A stretch of 63,520 nt of DNA, the filler included, from Octopus bimaculoides (lineage: Eukaryota), in NCBI RefSeq assembly GCF_001194135.2. It is 7 parts of 5 records of this genome, joined end to end, with 100 filler letters (N's around TTAATTAATTAA, not from the genome) between each part and the next. Parts side by side here need not be neighbours in the genome. Positions count along the whole stretch, not along the records: positions 25,760 to 41,882 come from NC_068985.1; positions 41,983 to 53,293 come from NC_069005.1; 5 more parts are not named here. The stretch is one strand, 5' to 3'. The position numbers and the translations under genes were made by a program. This document shows, in pieces, positions 38,218 through 51,731 of the stretch; the first letter of the stretch is position 1, and each line of letters opens with the position of its first letter. A model generated the notes under the pieces. It made no database searches. It was not told the origin of the DNA and saw only the letters and a list, made by a program, of their open reading frames with translations.

Positions 38218-39076
38218 NNNNNNNNNNNNNNNNNNNNNNNNNNNNNNNNNNNNNNNNNNNNNNNNNNNNNNNNNNNNNNNNNNNNNNNNNNNNNNNNNNN
38301 NNNNNNNNNNNNNNNNNNNNNNNNNNNNNNNNNNNNNNNNNNNNNNNNNNNNNNNNNNNNNNNNNNNNNNNNNNNNNNNNNNNNNNNNNNNNNNNNNNNN
38401 NNNNNNNNNNNNNNNNNNNNNNNNNNNNNNNNNNNNNNNNNNNNNNNNNNNNNNNNNNNNNNNNNNNNNNNNNNNNNNNNNNNNNNNNNNNNNNNNNNNN
38501 NNNNNNNNNNNNNNNNNNNNNNNNNNNNNNNNNNNNNNNNNNNNNNNNNNNNNNNNNNNNNNNNNNNNNNNNNNNNNNNNNNNNNNNNNNNNNNNNNNNN
38601 NNNNNNNNNNNNNNNNNNNNNNNNNNNNNNNNNNNNNNNNNNNNNNNNNNNNNNNNNNNNNNNNNNNNNNNNNNNNNNNNNNNNNNNNNNNNNNNNNNNN
38701 NNNNNNNNNNNNNNNNNNNNNNNNNNNNNNNNNNNNNNNNNNNNNNNNNNNNNNNNNNNNNNNNNNNNNNNNNNNNNNNNNNNNNNNNNNNNNNNNNNNN
38801 NNNNNNNNNNNNNNNNNNNNNNNNNNNNNNNNNNNNNNNNNNNNNNNNNNNNNNNNNNNNNNNNNNNTTTTATGTTTTATTTATATTCCTGCAGAAATAA
38901 TGTGGGGTATAGAATATGGAATATACAATATATAATATAATATACAATATATAATATAAAATAAAATAAAAATGGATGGCACCATGAAATAAAGTATTGA
39001 ATGTAGATGAAATATTGAGTGTTCAATATAAAGGATCAAATATATAAATATATAAATATAAATATATATATATAAA

Positions 39077-39116
39077 GGCGACTCGAGTTTCAGGGCTATT
39101 TCCCTTCGTCATGGCC
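39077..39116 (-). ncRNA. Hammerhead-like motif, variant B
   Basis: Minus strand: ggc C A TGACGA aggg aaatag ccct GAAA ctcgag TC gcc. Confidence 0.7.
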
Positions 39117-39149
39117 GGTATGACAATCTTTAACAGACTGTAATAAGTT

Positions 39150-39610
39150 GGCTGGTTTTCTGTCTTTTATACCAATTCCTTTGGATGGCAGCAGTAGGTG
39201 TCTGGCTACAAGTGTGGAGTGGAGTAAAAGCGTTTGAAGAGGCCAGGATAACGCATGCAAGACTCAAAAGAGATTTAAGGAAGAATGTTACGATCGAGGT
39301 GAATCACAATGATCCTTTTGTGTGCACAGTTTGTGACAGACCATACCTTTCTTTTGCTGGGCTCAGATCTCATTTGCGAAGCCATGGAAAACGAACTTCC
39401 ACCTGCCTATATGTTTGTGTACACCTTTAGATGCAATGTATGCCAGACGGTTAGCAAATCTAACGGAGGCCTCGAAAGACTTTTTAAGATCCACAACGAT
39501 CAGAAGTTATCTGCAGCTCTTGGTGGTCCAAATCAAATATGCAATCGATGTGGGTGTCTTTTCAGAATATTGTCTGGTTTAAAACGTCACATCAGATGCC
39601 ATGTTGGCTC
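39150..39610 (+). mobile_element. RTE-clade LINE 3' end with three C2H2 zinc-finger remnants
   Basis: VWSGVKAFEEARITHARLKRDLRK (RTE C-terminal pattern), then FVCTVCDRPYLSFAGLRSHLRSH, FRCNVCQTVSKSNGGLERLFKIH and QICNRCGCLFRILSGLKRHIRCH, with one frameshift after finger 1. Confidence 0.75.
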
Positions 39611-40491
39611 TTAGGTGTAGGTATAAGAGAGGTAGTCAAACTCTGTATAAGAAGTGGACAACCAGCATATATATATATATATATATATATATANNNNNNN
39701 NNNNNNNNNNNNNNNNNNNNNNNNNNNNNNNNNNNNNNNNNNNNNNNNNNNNNNNNNNNNNNNNNNNNNNNNNNNNNNNNNNNNNNNNNNNNNNNNNNNN
39801 NNNNNNNNNNNNNNNNNNNNNNNNNNNNNNNNNNNNNNNNNNNNNNNNNNNNNNNNNNNNNNNNNNNNNNNNNNNNNNNNNNNNNNNNNNNNNNNNNNNN
39901 NNNNNNNNNNNNNNNNNNNNNNNNNNNNNNNNNNNNNNNNNNNNNNNNNNNNNNNNNNNNNNNNNNNNNNNNNNNNNNNNNNNNNNNNNNNNNNNNNNNN
40001 NNNNNNNNNNNNNNNNNNNNNNNNNNNNNNNNNNNNNNNNNNNNNNNNNNNNNNNNNNNNNNNNNNNNNNNNNNNNNNNNNNNNNNNNNNNNNNNNNNNN
40101 NNNNNNNNNNNNNNNNNNNNNNNNNNNNNNNNNNNNNNNNNNNNNNNNNNNNNNNNNNNNNNNNNNNNNNNNNNNNNNNNNNNNNNNNNNNNNNNNNNNN
40201 NNNNNNNNNNNNNNNNNNNNNNNNNNNNNNNNNNNNNNNNNNNNNNNNNNNNNNNNNNNNNNNNNNNNNNNNNNNNNNNNNNNNNNNNNNNNNNNNNNNN
40301 NNNNNNNNNNNNNNNNNNNNNNNNNNNNNNNNNNNNNNNNNNNNNNNNNNNNNNNNNNNNNNNNNNNNNNNNNNNNNNNNNNNNNNNNNNNNNNNNNNNN
40401 NNNNNNNNNNNNNNNNNNNNNNNNNNNNNNNNNNNNNNNNNNNNNNNNNNNNNNNNNNNNNNNNNNNNNNNNNNNNNNNNNNNNNNNNNNN

Positions 40492-40553
40492 GGCTCGCCA
40501 CTTCATCCTTCGTGGATATCCCCTCATCGCTATCCGGACAGCCCTTGCCGGAG

Positions 40554-40640
<87 letters not shown>

Positions 40641-41820
40641 TGCTCTCTCTCTCCCTACACCCACCCTGCCCTTACCGTCTCCATTTTCCTCTCACCTACC
40701 ACCGCTCCACCCTGCCCCTCCAATGCACCATTCTCCGAGCCTTCCAGCGACTCCTTTCCGACTCTTCCACCTCACACATCTTCCAAACCTACTCATTCCC
40801 TCCTTCAAATGAGTCCACACCCTGCGTGACTACCTGATCCACTGTTTCTTCCCTAACCCTACCTTCCAACTTGACTCGTTCTCCTGACCCCGCCCACGCT
40901 TCCGCACTTACGCCTACCTTCTAATACCACCATCCTCACAGGCACCCACCATCGTCCCTATCATATTACCGACTCCTTTACCTGCACTTCTAGGAACGTC
41001 ATTTACTGCATCCCCTGGACTTTCTGCAATTCTCTGTGCATCAGTCAAATGGCTAACCGGTTCACGGAGCACTTTCGAAACATCAGACTCGGCAATGACA
41101 CCCCGGTATCGCGCCATTTCTGCTCTACCAGTCATCATTGCAACACCTGTCTGTGTTCGGATTGTCTTTGCACAGGGCCATCCGGACTCCCGCCTTCGCT
41201 TTGAACAAGAATTCATCTTCTCCCTCGGTTCTTTGTGCCACACAGGCTTAACTGCCCTCCTCACTTCATCTGACACCTACTTCCTCTCTTCACTCCGACC
41301 CACCTTCTCTCTTTATTGATACCCCACCCACACACCCCACTCCATCATATCCACCACTACCCCCACACCTACACCGCACACGCACATCCCACATCCTACT
41401 CCCACATCACTCACCACCACACCACACACCATCATCTGCACACCCACATACCATCATCCACATACTCATACACTACAGGTGTGCACGTTCACACGTCAAA
41501 ACCACGAGCCGTTATCCACACACACACACTTACACATATTCACATACACACACGCACGCGTACTTTCATTTTGGGATCACCAATACTTTATTATCACCCC
41601 TTCTTTCTACCACTCCTGTCAACACTTTTTTCTCAACCAGTCGCCATGCTTCATCGCCAAATCCACAAGTTTCTTTTATTCTCACTTGTCTATTTTCTCA
41701 TATTCCTTTCTGTTGAAGAGCGTAGGCTCAAAACTTAAAAGACTTTCTCACTTTTCTAACCGTCAAACTAACACACCTGTTTGTTGCTCCTACACCTGCC
41801 TTCGTCTTTTGTTTTTCTGT
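40492..41820 (+). mobile_element. Penelope-like element 3' part: RT thumb, GIY-YIG endonuclease and terminal repeat
   Basis: HFILRGYPLIAIRTAL, then PLTYH...IL..FQRL.SD..TSHIF. From 40977: FTCTSRNVIYCIPWTFCNSLCISQMANRFTEHFRNIRLGNDTPVSRHF (PLE GIY-YIG pattern FTC.S.NV.YCI.C..C...Y.G...R..EH), followed by EQEFIFSLG. Decayed variant-A HHR at 41706-41741. Confidence 0.85.
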
Positions 41821-41842
41821 AAATTTCAACCATATACATACA

Positions 41843-41882
<40 letters not shown>

Positions 41883-41983
41883 NNNNNNNNNNNNNNNNNN
41901 NNNNNNNNNNNNNNNNNNNNNNNNNNTTAATTAATTAANNNNNNNNNNNNNNNNNNNNNNNNNNNNNNNNNNNNNNNNNNNNT

Positions 41984-42200
41984 TCTCCATTCTCTCCTTT
42001 AACTGTGAGGAAGGAAGACTAGGAAATTCTTTTTCGAACGAAACACTGCAGACTGCAGCGTTCGTTTCACAAAAATTTTCATGGCTACAAGACGCCATCG
42101 TCTCAAAAAAAAAATGGCTAGAAAGCCGAAATTGGTTTTTATATCCTGGAAATGTGCCACACAGGGCAGATTTCCGTCGCAAAAAACTTGCACCAGAGAG
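41984..42200 (+). mobile_element. Possible mariner transposase fragment
   Basis: Weak resemblance to the ..RL...VR.KR......W.L.HDNA.PH region, heavily decayed. Confidence 0.3.
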
Positions 42201-43134
42201 TCTACAAGTTGTTATACAACTTTGTATATAAAATAAACTTTACAAACAAACTTTTTAAAACATGAAAAAGGCAAAACTTACGGAGCCGACACGTCTACCG
42301 TCCGTCCATAGAGATAGATAGATAGATAGATAGATATACAGACAAACAGACAGGCAGACAGATACATAGGTAGACAGATGCAGTAAAAATGTTTTGAATA
42401 ATACAAATTTACATGACACGTTTACAACTTAATGTGTGGGTGTGTGTTATGCGTGTGTGCGCGTGTGATATTTGAGCGTATTCAGGGCAGATTTTGCAAC
42501 TGATACCAATGAAACCCAAGACAACCTTTGTAACGGTTGAGTCGTTGGCGAAAAAACAAATACCCTTCCAACACCTTACCACCAAGTAAACAGTATGAAA
42601 AGTCGGTGAGATTATGCAGCCGATACAAGAGACGAAAAGAGGAGAGGGGAGGGGCGAGATTCCCAGAGAATGCAACGGCTAACCAACTCTGGGAAGGAAA
42701 AGCAATAAATCTAAGTTTACCTAATGAAACGGCAATGACAGCAATACTTCCTTCGACTGATTCATACATTTTACCAGTGTTATTTTATTCACTTACTTTT
42801 ACATCTGCAAAGCATTTTTCTTCAGGGACCTTGATTTTATACTCTCGACATCCCAAGTCTATTGATTTTAAAAGGTATTATATTTCTGTGCCACAAACTA
42901 TCAATTTGTATTTGATCACGTCACTAAAATATGTAAAGTCTATCTGTTCCCCACCCGCTTGCAACACCATAGACACCGAGGCAAATGAACTAATTTCGCA
43001 ACCTAATAAAGTCTCGTAGGTAACGCATCTTTAAGTGGCTGCCTTACGTTACTCTTAAAGACCACAAGATTTAAATTATGTACGGGTCAATGAAAACCCC
43101 TTTTCGGATCAACTGAGCTTCTTTTGTCGTTTAT

Positions 43135-43330
43135 CTTTTACTTCTTTCAGCCATTAGGCTGCCGCTATTCTGGAGCACCCCGATACTTACTGTTTTTTTA
43201 AGCCTGACACTTATTCTATCGGTCGCTTTTGCCGAACCGCTATGTTACGGAGATGTAAACACACCAATACAAGTTTGTCAAGTGGTGGTAGTGGTGGGGG
43301 AGAACAAACACAGACACAAATGCACACAAA
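43135..43330 (-). mobile_element. SINE family 1 tail
   Basis: ...tattctggagcaccc...cttattctatcggtcgcttttgccgaaccgctatg. Confidence 0.75.
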
Positions 43331-43349
43331 CTTCGTAAATTTATTTCCG

Positions 43350-43570
43350 ATATAAATCCACTTTTTGTTTCCGAAAACGAAGTTTGTTTTCAAGCGACAA
43401 GTGACCATTCCTAAAGCGTGAAAACCACTCGTAAACTTGTGTTTTGCTCATGGCAGGATCCTTGTTAGTTGTTTGAAGTATGACAACTGTTTCGGCCGCC
43501 GTTTTCCTCAAAAGCACGCTTTTCCTTCGTTTCAGCCATCGACGAACAGAGGAGAAAGCCCTGCAGAACA
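43350..43570 (-). mobile_element. Mariner transposase N-terminal HTH fragment
   Basis: KTAAETVVILQTTNKDPAMSKTQVYEWFSRFRNGHLSLE. Confidence 0.75.
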
Positions 43571-44039
43571 ATGACCAGCCACGTGGCAGTACGACTTCAC
43601 ACGACGACGCCGGTCGGCAAACTAATGCCTGAGGGTCGAATCAAGTGGCTTCTAGCGGCGGAAGCCTGAACTACAACTGGTTTGTCATGCAGAGAACGTT
43701 TCCGATTACTTTTGGGTACCCCTCATACATATCTATTTAAAAACGCGTGTTTGTCTTCCTATGTAAATATTTATGTACGTATATATATACATATATACTC
43801 ACACACACATCNNNNNNNNNNNNNNNNNNNNNNNNNNNNNNNNNNNNNNNNNNNNNNNNNNNNNNNNNNNNNNNNNNNNATATATATATCTTTAACTGTA
43901 TGTGCACGTATGTAGTAAGAAGCTTGCTTCCCAACCACATGGTTCCAGGTTCAGTCCCGCAGCATGGTGACTCATCTCTGTTTCGTGGAGGTGATATATA
44001 CTCTCATCTTTTTATCTGTTGATACATTGCATTAGAGTC

Positions 44040-45230
44040 GAGCGACTTCTTTGGGTATGTATTTAAGGTTATCAGACAAAGAATGCTGCTCAAGGAGCTG
44101 CCTTCCAAGTCTTATAATGTTATCATCTTCATGTATGCAAACTTGGTCAAGGAATGCACTTCGACGTTTAGTGGTTAATAGTTGTTGCCGAAGGGACATA
44201 ATACGAGGTTTAAAGGCATTTTTGGATCGATGTTAAGTCTCTGCCGTCTGGTTTTCCTTTTAGGTAGAGGCGGTCTACGTCACTTTTGATGTGGAAATTA
44301 TGTGCGTTGTTCAGTATCTTCCAGGTTTTCACATCAATGTTTCGAATCTCATCAAGCAGTCCAAATACTGGTATTAATACTAGCACTGTAAACACATTGT
44401 GGGGCACTGTTTTATTGAATGCAGAGAGTTCCCAGGTCCGAATTTTCTTTATTCGACTATAATATTCTTTTGTGACACGTTTATTGCTACAAGTGCCATT
44501 GTAAGATATGTTTTCATCCACACCCAGTTATCTGTAACATTCCTCATCAAATATAAAGATAACACTCGAGTCATTGATAGAGACGTTGCTAGTCCGGTTT
44601 ACAGTTGTCTTTCATTTCACAACCATACAGCAACATTTATCTTGACCAAATTCCAGCCCTATATCCTTTGAGAATGTTGTAACTAGGTCAAGGCTCGTTT
44701 TCATCTCATGCATATTCTTTGCATAAAGTCTCGAGTCATCCACAAAGAAACAGTGTGTAATTTTGGTATTTCTGTTTCCTTGTGAACCAATGAGATATCC
44801 TTCAGACTTCCTTAACATGAATGACAAGGGTTTACAGAAAGCATAAATAACTTCACAGAGAGGCTGTCTCCTTGGAATATGCCTCTGAGATACCGTATTC
44901 CATCAGTGATAATACAGTCACTCGTTATGTTTAATTTCAAGATTGCGGTCACGATGAAGTCAGATCAGCTATGGCATTGACTATGCTCACTGGAACTTTA
45001 GTCGAAGGGTTTCTGGCATCCATGAGTTGGAGACAGAGTCAAAAGCTTTCTTGTAGTCTAGCCACATTGAAACTGGGTTTCTTCTATGCTCCTGCACTTC
45101 TGACATTACAGTTTTGTTTATTAACAATTGCTCGGCACATTTCCAGACTCCCTTCTTCCCAGATGCTTGTTCTGCAGCGATGGTGTTATTACATTCACAA
45201 TGATCTTGGAGGAAGAGGTTTAAACCTGCT
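44040..45230 (-). mobile_element. R4/Dong-clade LINE RT fragment
   Basis: EQLLINKTVM...WLDYKKAFDSV, THCFFVDDSRLYAKN...FSKDIGLEFGQDKC, VTKEYYSRIKKI..ELSAFNK...FH.KSDVDRLYL. Confidence 0.9.
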
Positions 45231-45268
45231 GTATATACTATATACATAAAGTTTTGTTTGTGTGTACG

Positions 45269-45302
<34 letters not shown>

Positions 45303-45652
45303 TGTATGTATGTATGCATGCATGCATGCATGTATATATGCATGTATGTATATATGTGTGTATGTATGTATGTGTGTGTATTATGTATGTATGTATGTAT
45401 GCAGTTTATATGTGATGCAATTGGACCCAGTTTCAGCTTCCAAAACTGGTAGTGATGGTGGGGGGGGGGGTGAAAGATTTAAGGGATTACGATGACGGCG
45501 ACGACGACAGTAGAATGACGTAAACAGTCACATGATCCTGTCTCGTAACGTGGGCTACGTGTTTATTCATTCTTGGCATAATTCAGTCATAATACATACA
45601 TACATATACATGTGTGTGTGGGTGGGTGTGTGGGTGTGTTTGTGTGTGCGTA

Positions 45653-45740
<88 letters not shown>

Positions 45741-45765
45741 TATTTGTGTGTATANNNNNNNNNNT

Positions 45766-46130
45766 TCAGTCATTTGACTGCGGCCATGCTGGGGTACCAC
45801 CTTTAGTCGAACGGTTCGACCCCAAGACTTATTCTTTGTAAGCCTAATACTTATTCTATCGGTTCTTTTGCCCACCCGCTAAGTTACGGGAGCGTAAACA
45901 CACCAGCATCGGTTGTCAAGCGATGATGGAGGGAAAATCACACACACACAAACATATACATATATGTATATGATGGGCTTCTTTCAGTTTCCGTCTACCA
46001 AATCCACTCACAAGACTTTGGTCTGCCCAAGGCTATAGTAGACAACACTTGCCCAATGTGCCACGTAGTGGGACTGAACCCGGAACCATGTTGTACAGCA
46101 AGCTACTTAACACAAAGCCACTCCTGCGCC
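45766..46130 (-). mobile_element. SINE family 1
   Basis: Near-complete reverse-complement copy. Confidence 0.9.
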
Positions 46131-46298
46131 TAAGAAATATACACATACAGTCGCTCACAAACTTATGCACACATATCCATGCATGTACACATACGTTCAT
46201 ACGTTCTTGCATATACATACATTCCTACATTCGTACCTACACACATATTTCTACACACACACACACGCACACACATATACATACATATACACACACAC

Positions 46299-46371
<73 letters not shown>

Positions 46372-46381
46372 NNNNNNNNNN

Positions 46382-46420
<39 letters not shown>

Positions 46421-49063
46421 AAGAAAAGCAACAAAAATGTATTAGGTTATAGCAATACGTACGTTTCGTACAAGCTTCATTTATTTATGTAGTGAGAACA
46501 TCACATAAGATGTACAATGAAAATATACTCATCAGCTGCATAATGGAAGTTCATTTCAGAAAGCCGTTTTATAAATGAGTGTAAATACATGAGTAGGAGA
46601 TGAATAGAATATCTTGACTGGGCTGTTAATCAACAGACTAGTGAACCAAACAGGAATTTAATTTCTATATATTCTATATATTTATACTTTATGATCCCTC
46701 CTTCCAGATTTTCTGCTGGGACCTTTTTGAAAACCTTCGCTAAATTACCCCTGAAAGACAACAAGGGTTTATGCAAAGCCAGTCCCGGTCTCTCGTCCCT
46801 CAACTCTGTGTTGGTCTGGTGCAACGAGTGCACAAGTGGCACGATCCCAGTAGTTACCAGGATGCAGGATTTGTTAGGAGTTTCCTTCTCTTAGATGAAC
46901 AACAAAAGAGACGGATACCTCATCGGCCCTGACTCAGTTGGGGTGCAAGTGAATGACCTTCCGCCGACATGCTAATTAACACATAGCTGAGGCCCTGAGG
47001 GTTGAGAGGTGATGCTTCTTTGGGTTAGAGTAGACGTGACGGTGGGTGGGAGCACAATAATGGTTAAGAGGTTGCCCCACAAACCTTAAAACCCAAGCTA
47101 GGTCCTTACGACTGGATGCGGTTTAAAATCATACCCTGAACAATCTGCCAATCGTATTTGTAGATAAATTTTGAGAGAGAGAGAGAGAGAAAGAGACTGA
47201 GAGAGAAAGAGACTGAGAGACAGATAGACAGACAGACGGTCAGGGGCAGAGTCAAAGACAGCGAGACAGAAGGGGGTTGGGAGGAACCGTGGTTTCATTC
47301 CTTGACAAGATGATATCGTGATATTTAAAAAAAGAATTGAAAGAGATGGGCCCTGTCTGTTCCCTCGTCAGAAAGAGGGAAATGNNNNNNNNNNNNNNNN
47401 NNNNNNNNNNNNNNNNNNNNNNNNNNNNNNNNNNNNNNNNNNNNNNNNNNNNNNNNNNNNNNNNNNNNNNNNNNNNNNNNNNNNNNNNNNNNNNNNNNNN
47501 NNNNNNNNNNNNNNNNNNNNNNNNNNNNNNNNNNNNNNNNNNNNNNNNNNNNNNNNNNNNNNNNNNNNNNNNNNNNNNNNNNNNNNNNNNNNNNNNNNNN
47601 NNNNNNNNNNNNNNNNNNNNNNNNNNNNNNNNNNNNNNNNNNNNNNNNNNNNNNNNNNNNNNNNNNNNNNNNNNNNNNNNNNNNNNNNNNNNNNNNNNNN
47701 NNNNNNNNNNNNNNNNNNNNNNNNNNNNNNNNNNNNNNNNNNNNNNNNNNNNNNNNNNNNNNNNNNNNNNNNNNNNNNNNNNNNNNNNNNNNNNNNNNNN
47801 NNNNNNNNNNNNNNNNNNNNNNNNNNNNNNNNNNNNNNNNNNNNNNNNNNNNNNNNNNNNNNNNNNNNNNNNNNNNNNNNNNNNNNNNNNNNNNNNNNNN
47901 NNNNNNNNNNNNNNNNNNNNNNNNNNNNNNNNNNNNNNNNNNNNNNNNNNNNNNNNNNNNNNNNNNNNNNNNNNNNNNNNNNNNNNNNNNNNNNNNNNNN
48001 NNNNNNNNNNNNNNNNNNNNNNNNNNNNNNNNNNNNNNNNNNNNNNNNNNNNNNNNNNNNNNNNNNNNNNNNNNNNNNNNNNNNNNNNNNNNNNNNNNNN
48101 NNNNNNNNNNNNNNNNNNNNNNNNNNNNNNNNNNNNNNNNNNNNNNNNNNNNNNNNNNNNNNNNNNNNNNNNNNNNNNNNATATATATATATATATATAC
48201 ATATATATGTCGCAGAGATTTCCAAACTTATAACCGGTCGGTCAAAAATGTCTGGCCCGGATTAAAATCTCAACGTTACTTTGAAACCCCCGTCTCCTGA
48301 TATATTCTGATTCTAGAAAGGTTGACTAATAATTGTCTAAAAGAGAATTGTTTTTTTTGTTTTTTTTTAATGTAGTTTTCCTTGTTTTCAAGAACTCTAG
48401 TTACCGTCTTTCCCATTTCAGTATCGACCGATTAGTATATTGAGCGTTCTTTCAATCTGTAACAGGGTTTACATGCGAAATGGTATTAGCGGAGTAGCAA
48501 AAATAGGCCACAGCATATCCGGTGATTTCGGCCTAATAGTTAGCCTGTAGTATTTCGAATGATTTCGAAAGGAAATTTTCATGAGTCTCCCGCCAAAACA
48601 TGGTTATAAATTGAGAAACTCGCTACGATCAGTGGAGATGATCAGAGGCTGAGGCAACAGAAGTTCGTGAGAAGACGGGTTTCTTGATCGCTGCTTGACT
48701 CCGGATTAAACGGAGTCATTTGCCTTCAATGAACATGGAATTTTTCCACCTTTCACAACACGAAGCTGTAGCTATGTTCCCTTGCTAACATTTAGTCATA
48801 TCTCTAGAGAAATAAAGTTTATCGAGACACAGTTTACTTTGGGGAAAAAACCTCTGTAAATTTGTGCGTAAGTAAATGGTTTCATTGAAAACATTAAACG
48901 GACTTGGTTTTAATATGAGTAACAGCACGTGACCGAAATCAGCCAATCCAAAAAGAATATCTATAACCCATCTAACCAGTTCTAAAACTTTATCATTTCG
49001 GCTGGTTTCCTCCAAAAATGTACCGTCCACTCATTACAGAGTTCAGAGTTGCATCTTTTCTCA

Positions 49064-49415
49064 TTTATCTTTTACTTGTTTCAGTCATTAGACTACGGCC
49101 ATGCTGCAGCACCGCCCTGAAGAACTTTTAATCAAAAGAATCGATCGTATAGAACTTGTTTTTTTTTTAAGCCTCGTACTTATTCTATCAGTCTTTGTTG
49201 CTGAACAACTAAATTATGGGGATATAAATACACTACCACCGGTTGTCAAGCGGTGGGGGAGATAACAAACACAAAGACACGCACACATGTATAGAGATAT
49301 ACGGCGGGCTTCTTTCAGTTTCCGTCTATCAAATCCACTCTTAAGGCTTTGGTAGGCCCGGGGTTATAGTCGAAGACACTAGTCGAAGGTGACACAATGT
49401 GACTGAACCTGGAAC
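49064..49415 (-). mobile_element. SINE family 1
   Basis: Near-complete reverse-complement copy. Confidence 0.85.
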
Positions 49416-49479
49416 CACAGCTGTGCCACAAATAAGTTGTGGAATGAAAATTTCTAAATCAAGGTTCTATCGCTTTTTG

Positions 49480-49980
49480 TAGTGCTTTCACAGAAAAAGT
49501 TACATTCCAAGAATAGTCCATGCTCTCAACGAACGTGATCCGAACTGAATGGTGGACTTTTGCGATTGATGCTTCGCAAGATGTGTCAAAGATGTACACC
49601 TTCGAACAAAGATTGTCTGAAGTGATGAGGCCACGTTTGGATTGGATAGCTCATTTAACCGTCACAACTGCTTTTATTGGTGACCTGAAAATTACGCACA
49701 TTACGGGGGAACATCAAGAGAGTTTAGCAGGAGCTGCAGTATAGCGCAGCTTATCATCAAAGCGATTAACTGGATTATTCTTGTTTTGACGATGCTGTGA
49801 CCGATCGCATGAACTTAAACTGGCAGTGACAATCTGTCATGCCAAACATTCAAGTAGTCTTTGAAGAGGTGAGTTTATATCTTCAGCGAGATAGGGCATG
49901 TCTCATTATTATGATAATGTAAGAGCCTACTCTGGTGAGAGTTAACCAAACAGGTGGATTTTATGGGGACGGTACAAAAC
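49480..49980 (+). mobile_element. Decayed Tc1/mariner-superfamily transposase (catalytic region)
   Basis: HALNERDPN...[26 protein letters not shown] (about IVWSDEA.F.L.G.VNRHN..YW..EN), later YLQRDRA..HYYDNVRAY...PNRWI. Confidence 0.7.
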
Positions 49981-50268
49981 TGGCAAAAGTCAACGAACTG
50001 AGAGCAGCCATTGAATTCTAATGCACACAAATACCAAACAAAATGTTTCTTACGTTTGTGGTTTGTTTGCTTTACATTATAAGTAATGCCAAGATCAGAA
50101 CAGTCCTTAGTTTGAACACGGAATTAAACTCTGTCCGTAGATTGCATTAAATTAGAAAATGAAACGTATAGAAATAAACAGTGAGTTTATAATCACTCAA
50201 TATGTGTATACATGTTTCTAGTTCACACTGTACGAACTCACATACATGTGTGTGTGTATATATATGTA

Positions 50269-50348
50269 GGATTAGAAAAAAACTGTACCGTTCTTTACTT
50301 AGTGACGTTTAAATACATAATTTTGTTTCTCACATGACAGAAGCATAT

Positions 50349-50396
<48 letters not shown>

Positions 50397-51672
50397 NNNN
50401 NNNNNNNNNNNNNNNNNNNNNNNNNNNNNNNNNNNNNNNNNNNNNNNNNNNNNNNNNNNNNNNNNNNNNNNNNNNNNGAAGGGTGACATTTCAACACGTC
50501 TCTCTGATTACGTTTTGATTACTGCGAGAATAGCTTTTTTTTTTTATTGTAGTTGCACCAAAATTGAAAATAGAAGAAAATGGCACATTTTCACCATTCT
50601 TTTATTTCCAGAAAAGAAAAAAACAACGCTGTACAAACACACAGGAAAAAAAGATATGAGCAGTTTATGGAGATGGTGCCATGGCTATGAAGTATATTTT
50701 GTAAGTGATCCATTCGGTTCCAGAGTGAAAGTTTTGATCTTGAAGCTCAAGAACGTTCCACTAGGTCTACGGTCGTTGATAGTGACCAAGTGGAAGCGTT
50801 AATTTAACGGAATCGAGGTCACACGACAGAAGATATTGCAGAGACATTCCACATGTCTCATATGAGCATTATAAGGCGTTTAAATAACTCTTGGATACAT
50901 GAATCGCTATGATGTTTGGGTATCTCATAATTTTACGTAGAAAATTTAATGGGTCGCATTTCTGTCTGAATTTCTCAACTCAAACGCAGGAGAAAATCGA
51001 CCCATTTTTGAAAAGAAAAAATCACATGAAAAATAGATTATTAACAGCGAAGTGGATCGTAAAAGCTCCTGGAGAGGACTACATAAGCCAATTTTAATCA
51101 CTCCAAAAGCCAGATGGTATCCTAAGAAAGTGATGCTCTGAATCTGGTTGGATTTGAAGGATAATTTGTATAACGAACTTCTTCCGCAAAATCAGGCGTT
51201 GAATCCAAACAATTATTGCTCCCAGTTAGACTGACTAAGGGAGGCAATCGATAAAAAAACGTTCAGAATTGGCCAATCATAAAGACATCGTCCTCTTTCA
51301 GAACAACGCTTGACCCCATGTTTCTTTGCAGACCCATGAGAAATTGGTACAGCTTGGCTGGGGTATTCTACAATAGCAATCACATTCACCAAACTTGGCA
51401 CTTTCGGATTACCATTTATTTCGATCCCTACATTTTTTCTCTTAATGGGAAGAATTTCAATTCTTTGGAAGACTGTGAAAACTATTTAGACCAGTTCATG
51501 ACCCAGAAATATGTCAAGTTCTGGGAGGACGGCATCGTGAAGCTGCCTCAAAGATGGTGAAAAATAGTGGAACAAAATGAGACATATGTGATTGAAGAAA
51601 TGTATGTACAAATAACTAATTAAAGTTCTTGAATTTTATTGGAAAAAACGGTACGGACTTTTGTTCCAACCC
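50269..51672 (+). mobile_element. Near full-length decayed mariner element
   Basis: Left end ta|ggattagaaaaaaactgtaccgtt and right end aacggtacggacttttgttccaaccc|ta give imperfect TIRs with TA flanks. Interior motifs across frameshifts include a WVPHNL-like region, PFLKR, QNNA*PHVS, and FNSLEDCENYLDQF...FWEDGIVKLPQRW. Confidence 0.92.
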
Positions 51673-51696
51673 TATACATACATGCATACATACATG

Positions 51697-51731
<35 letters not shown>

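Noticed and set aside
42537-43019. 160-aa ORF in non-repetitive-looking sequence
   Set aside because: No glutamate receptor or other domain motif, and no convincing splice sites.
48200-49050. Unique-looking stretch with an 81-aa minus-strand ORF
   Set aside because: I could not assign any motif in any frame. It is probably an old repeat and would need a profile search.
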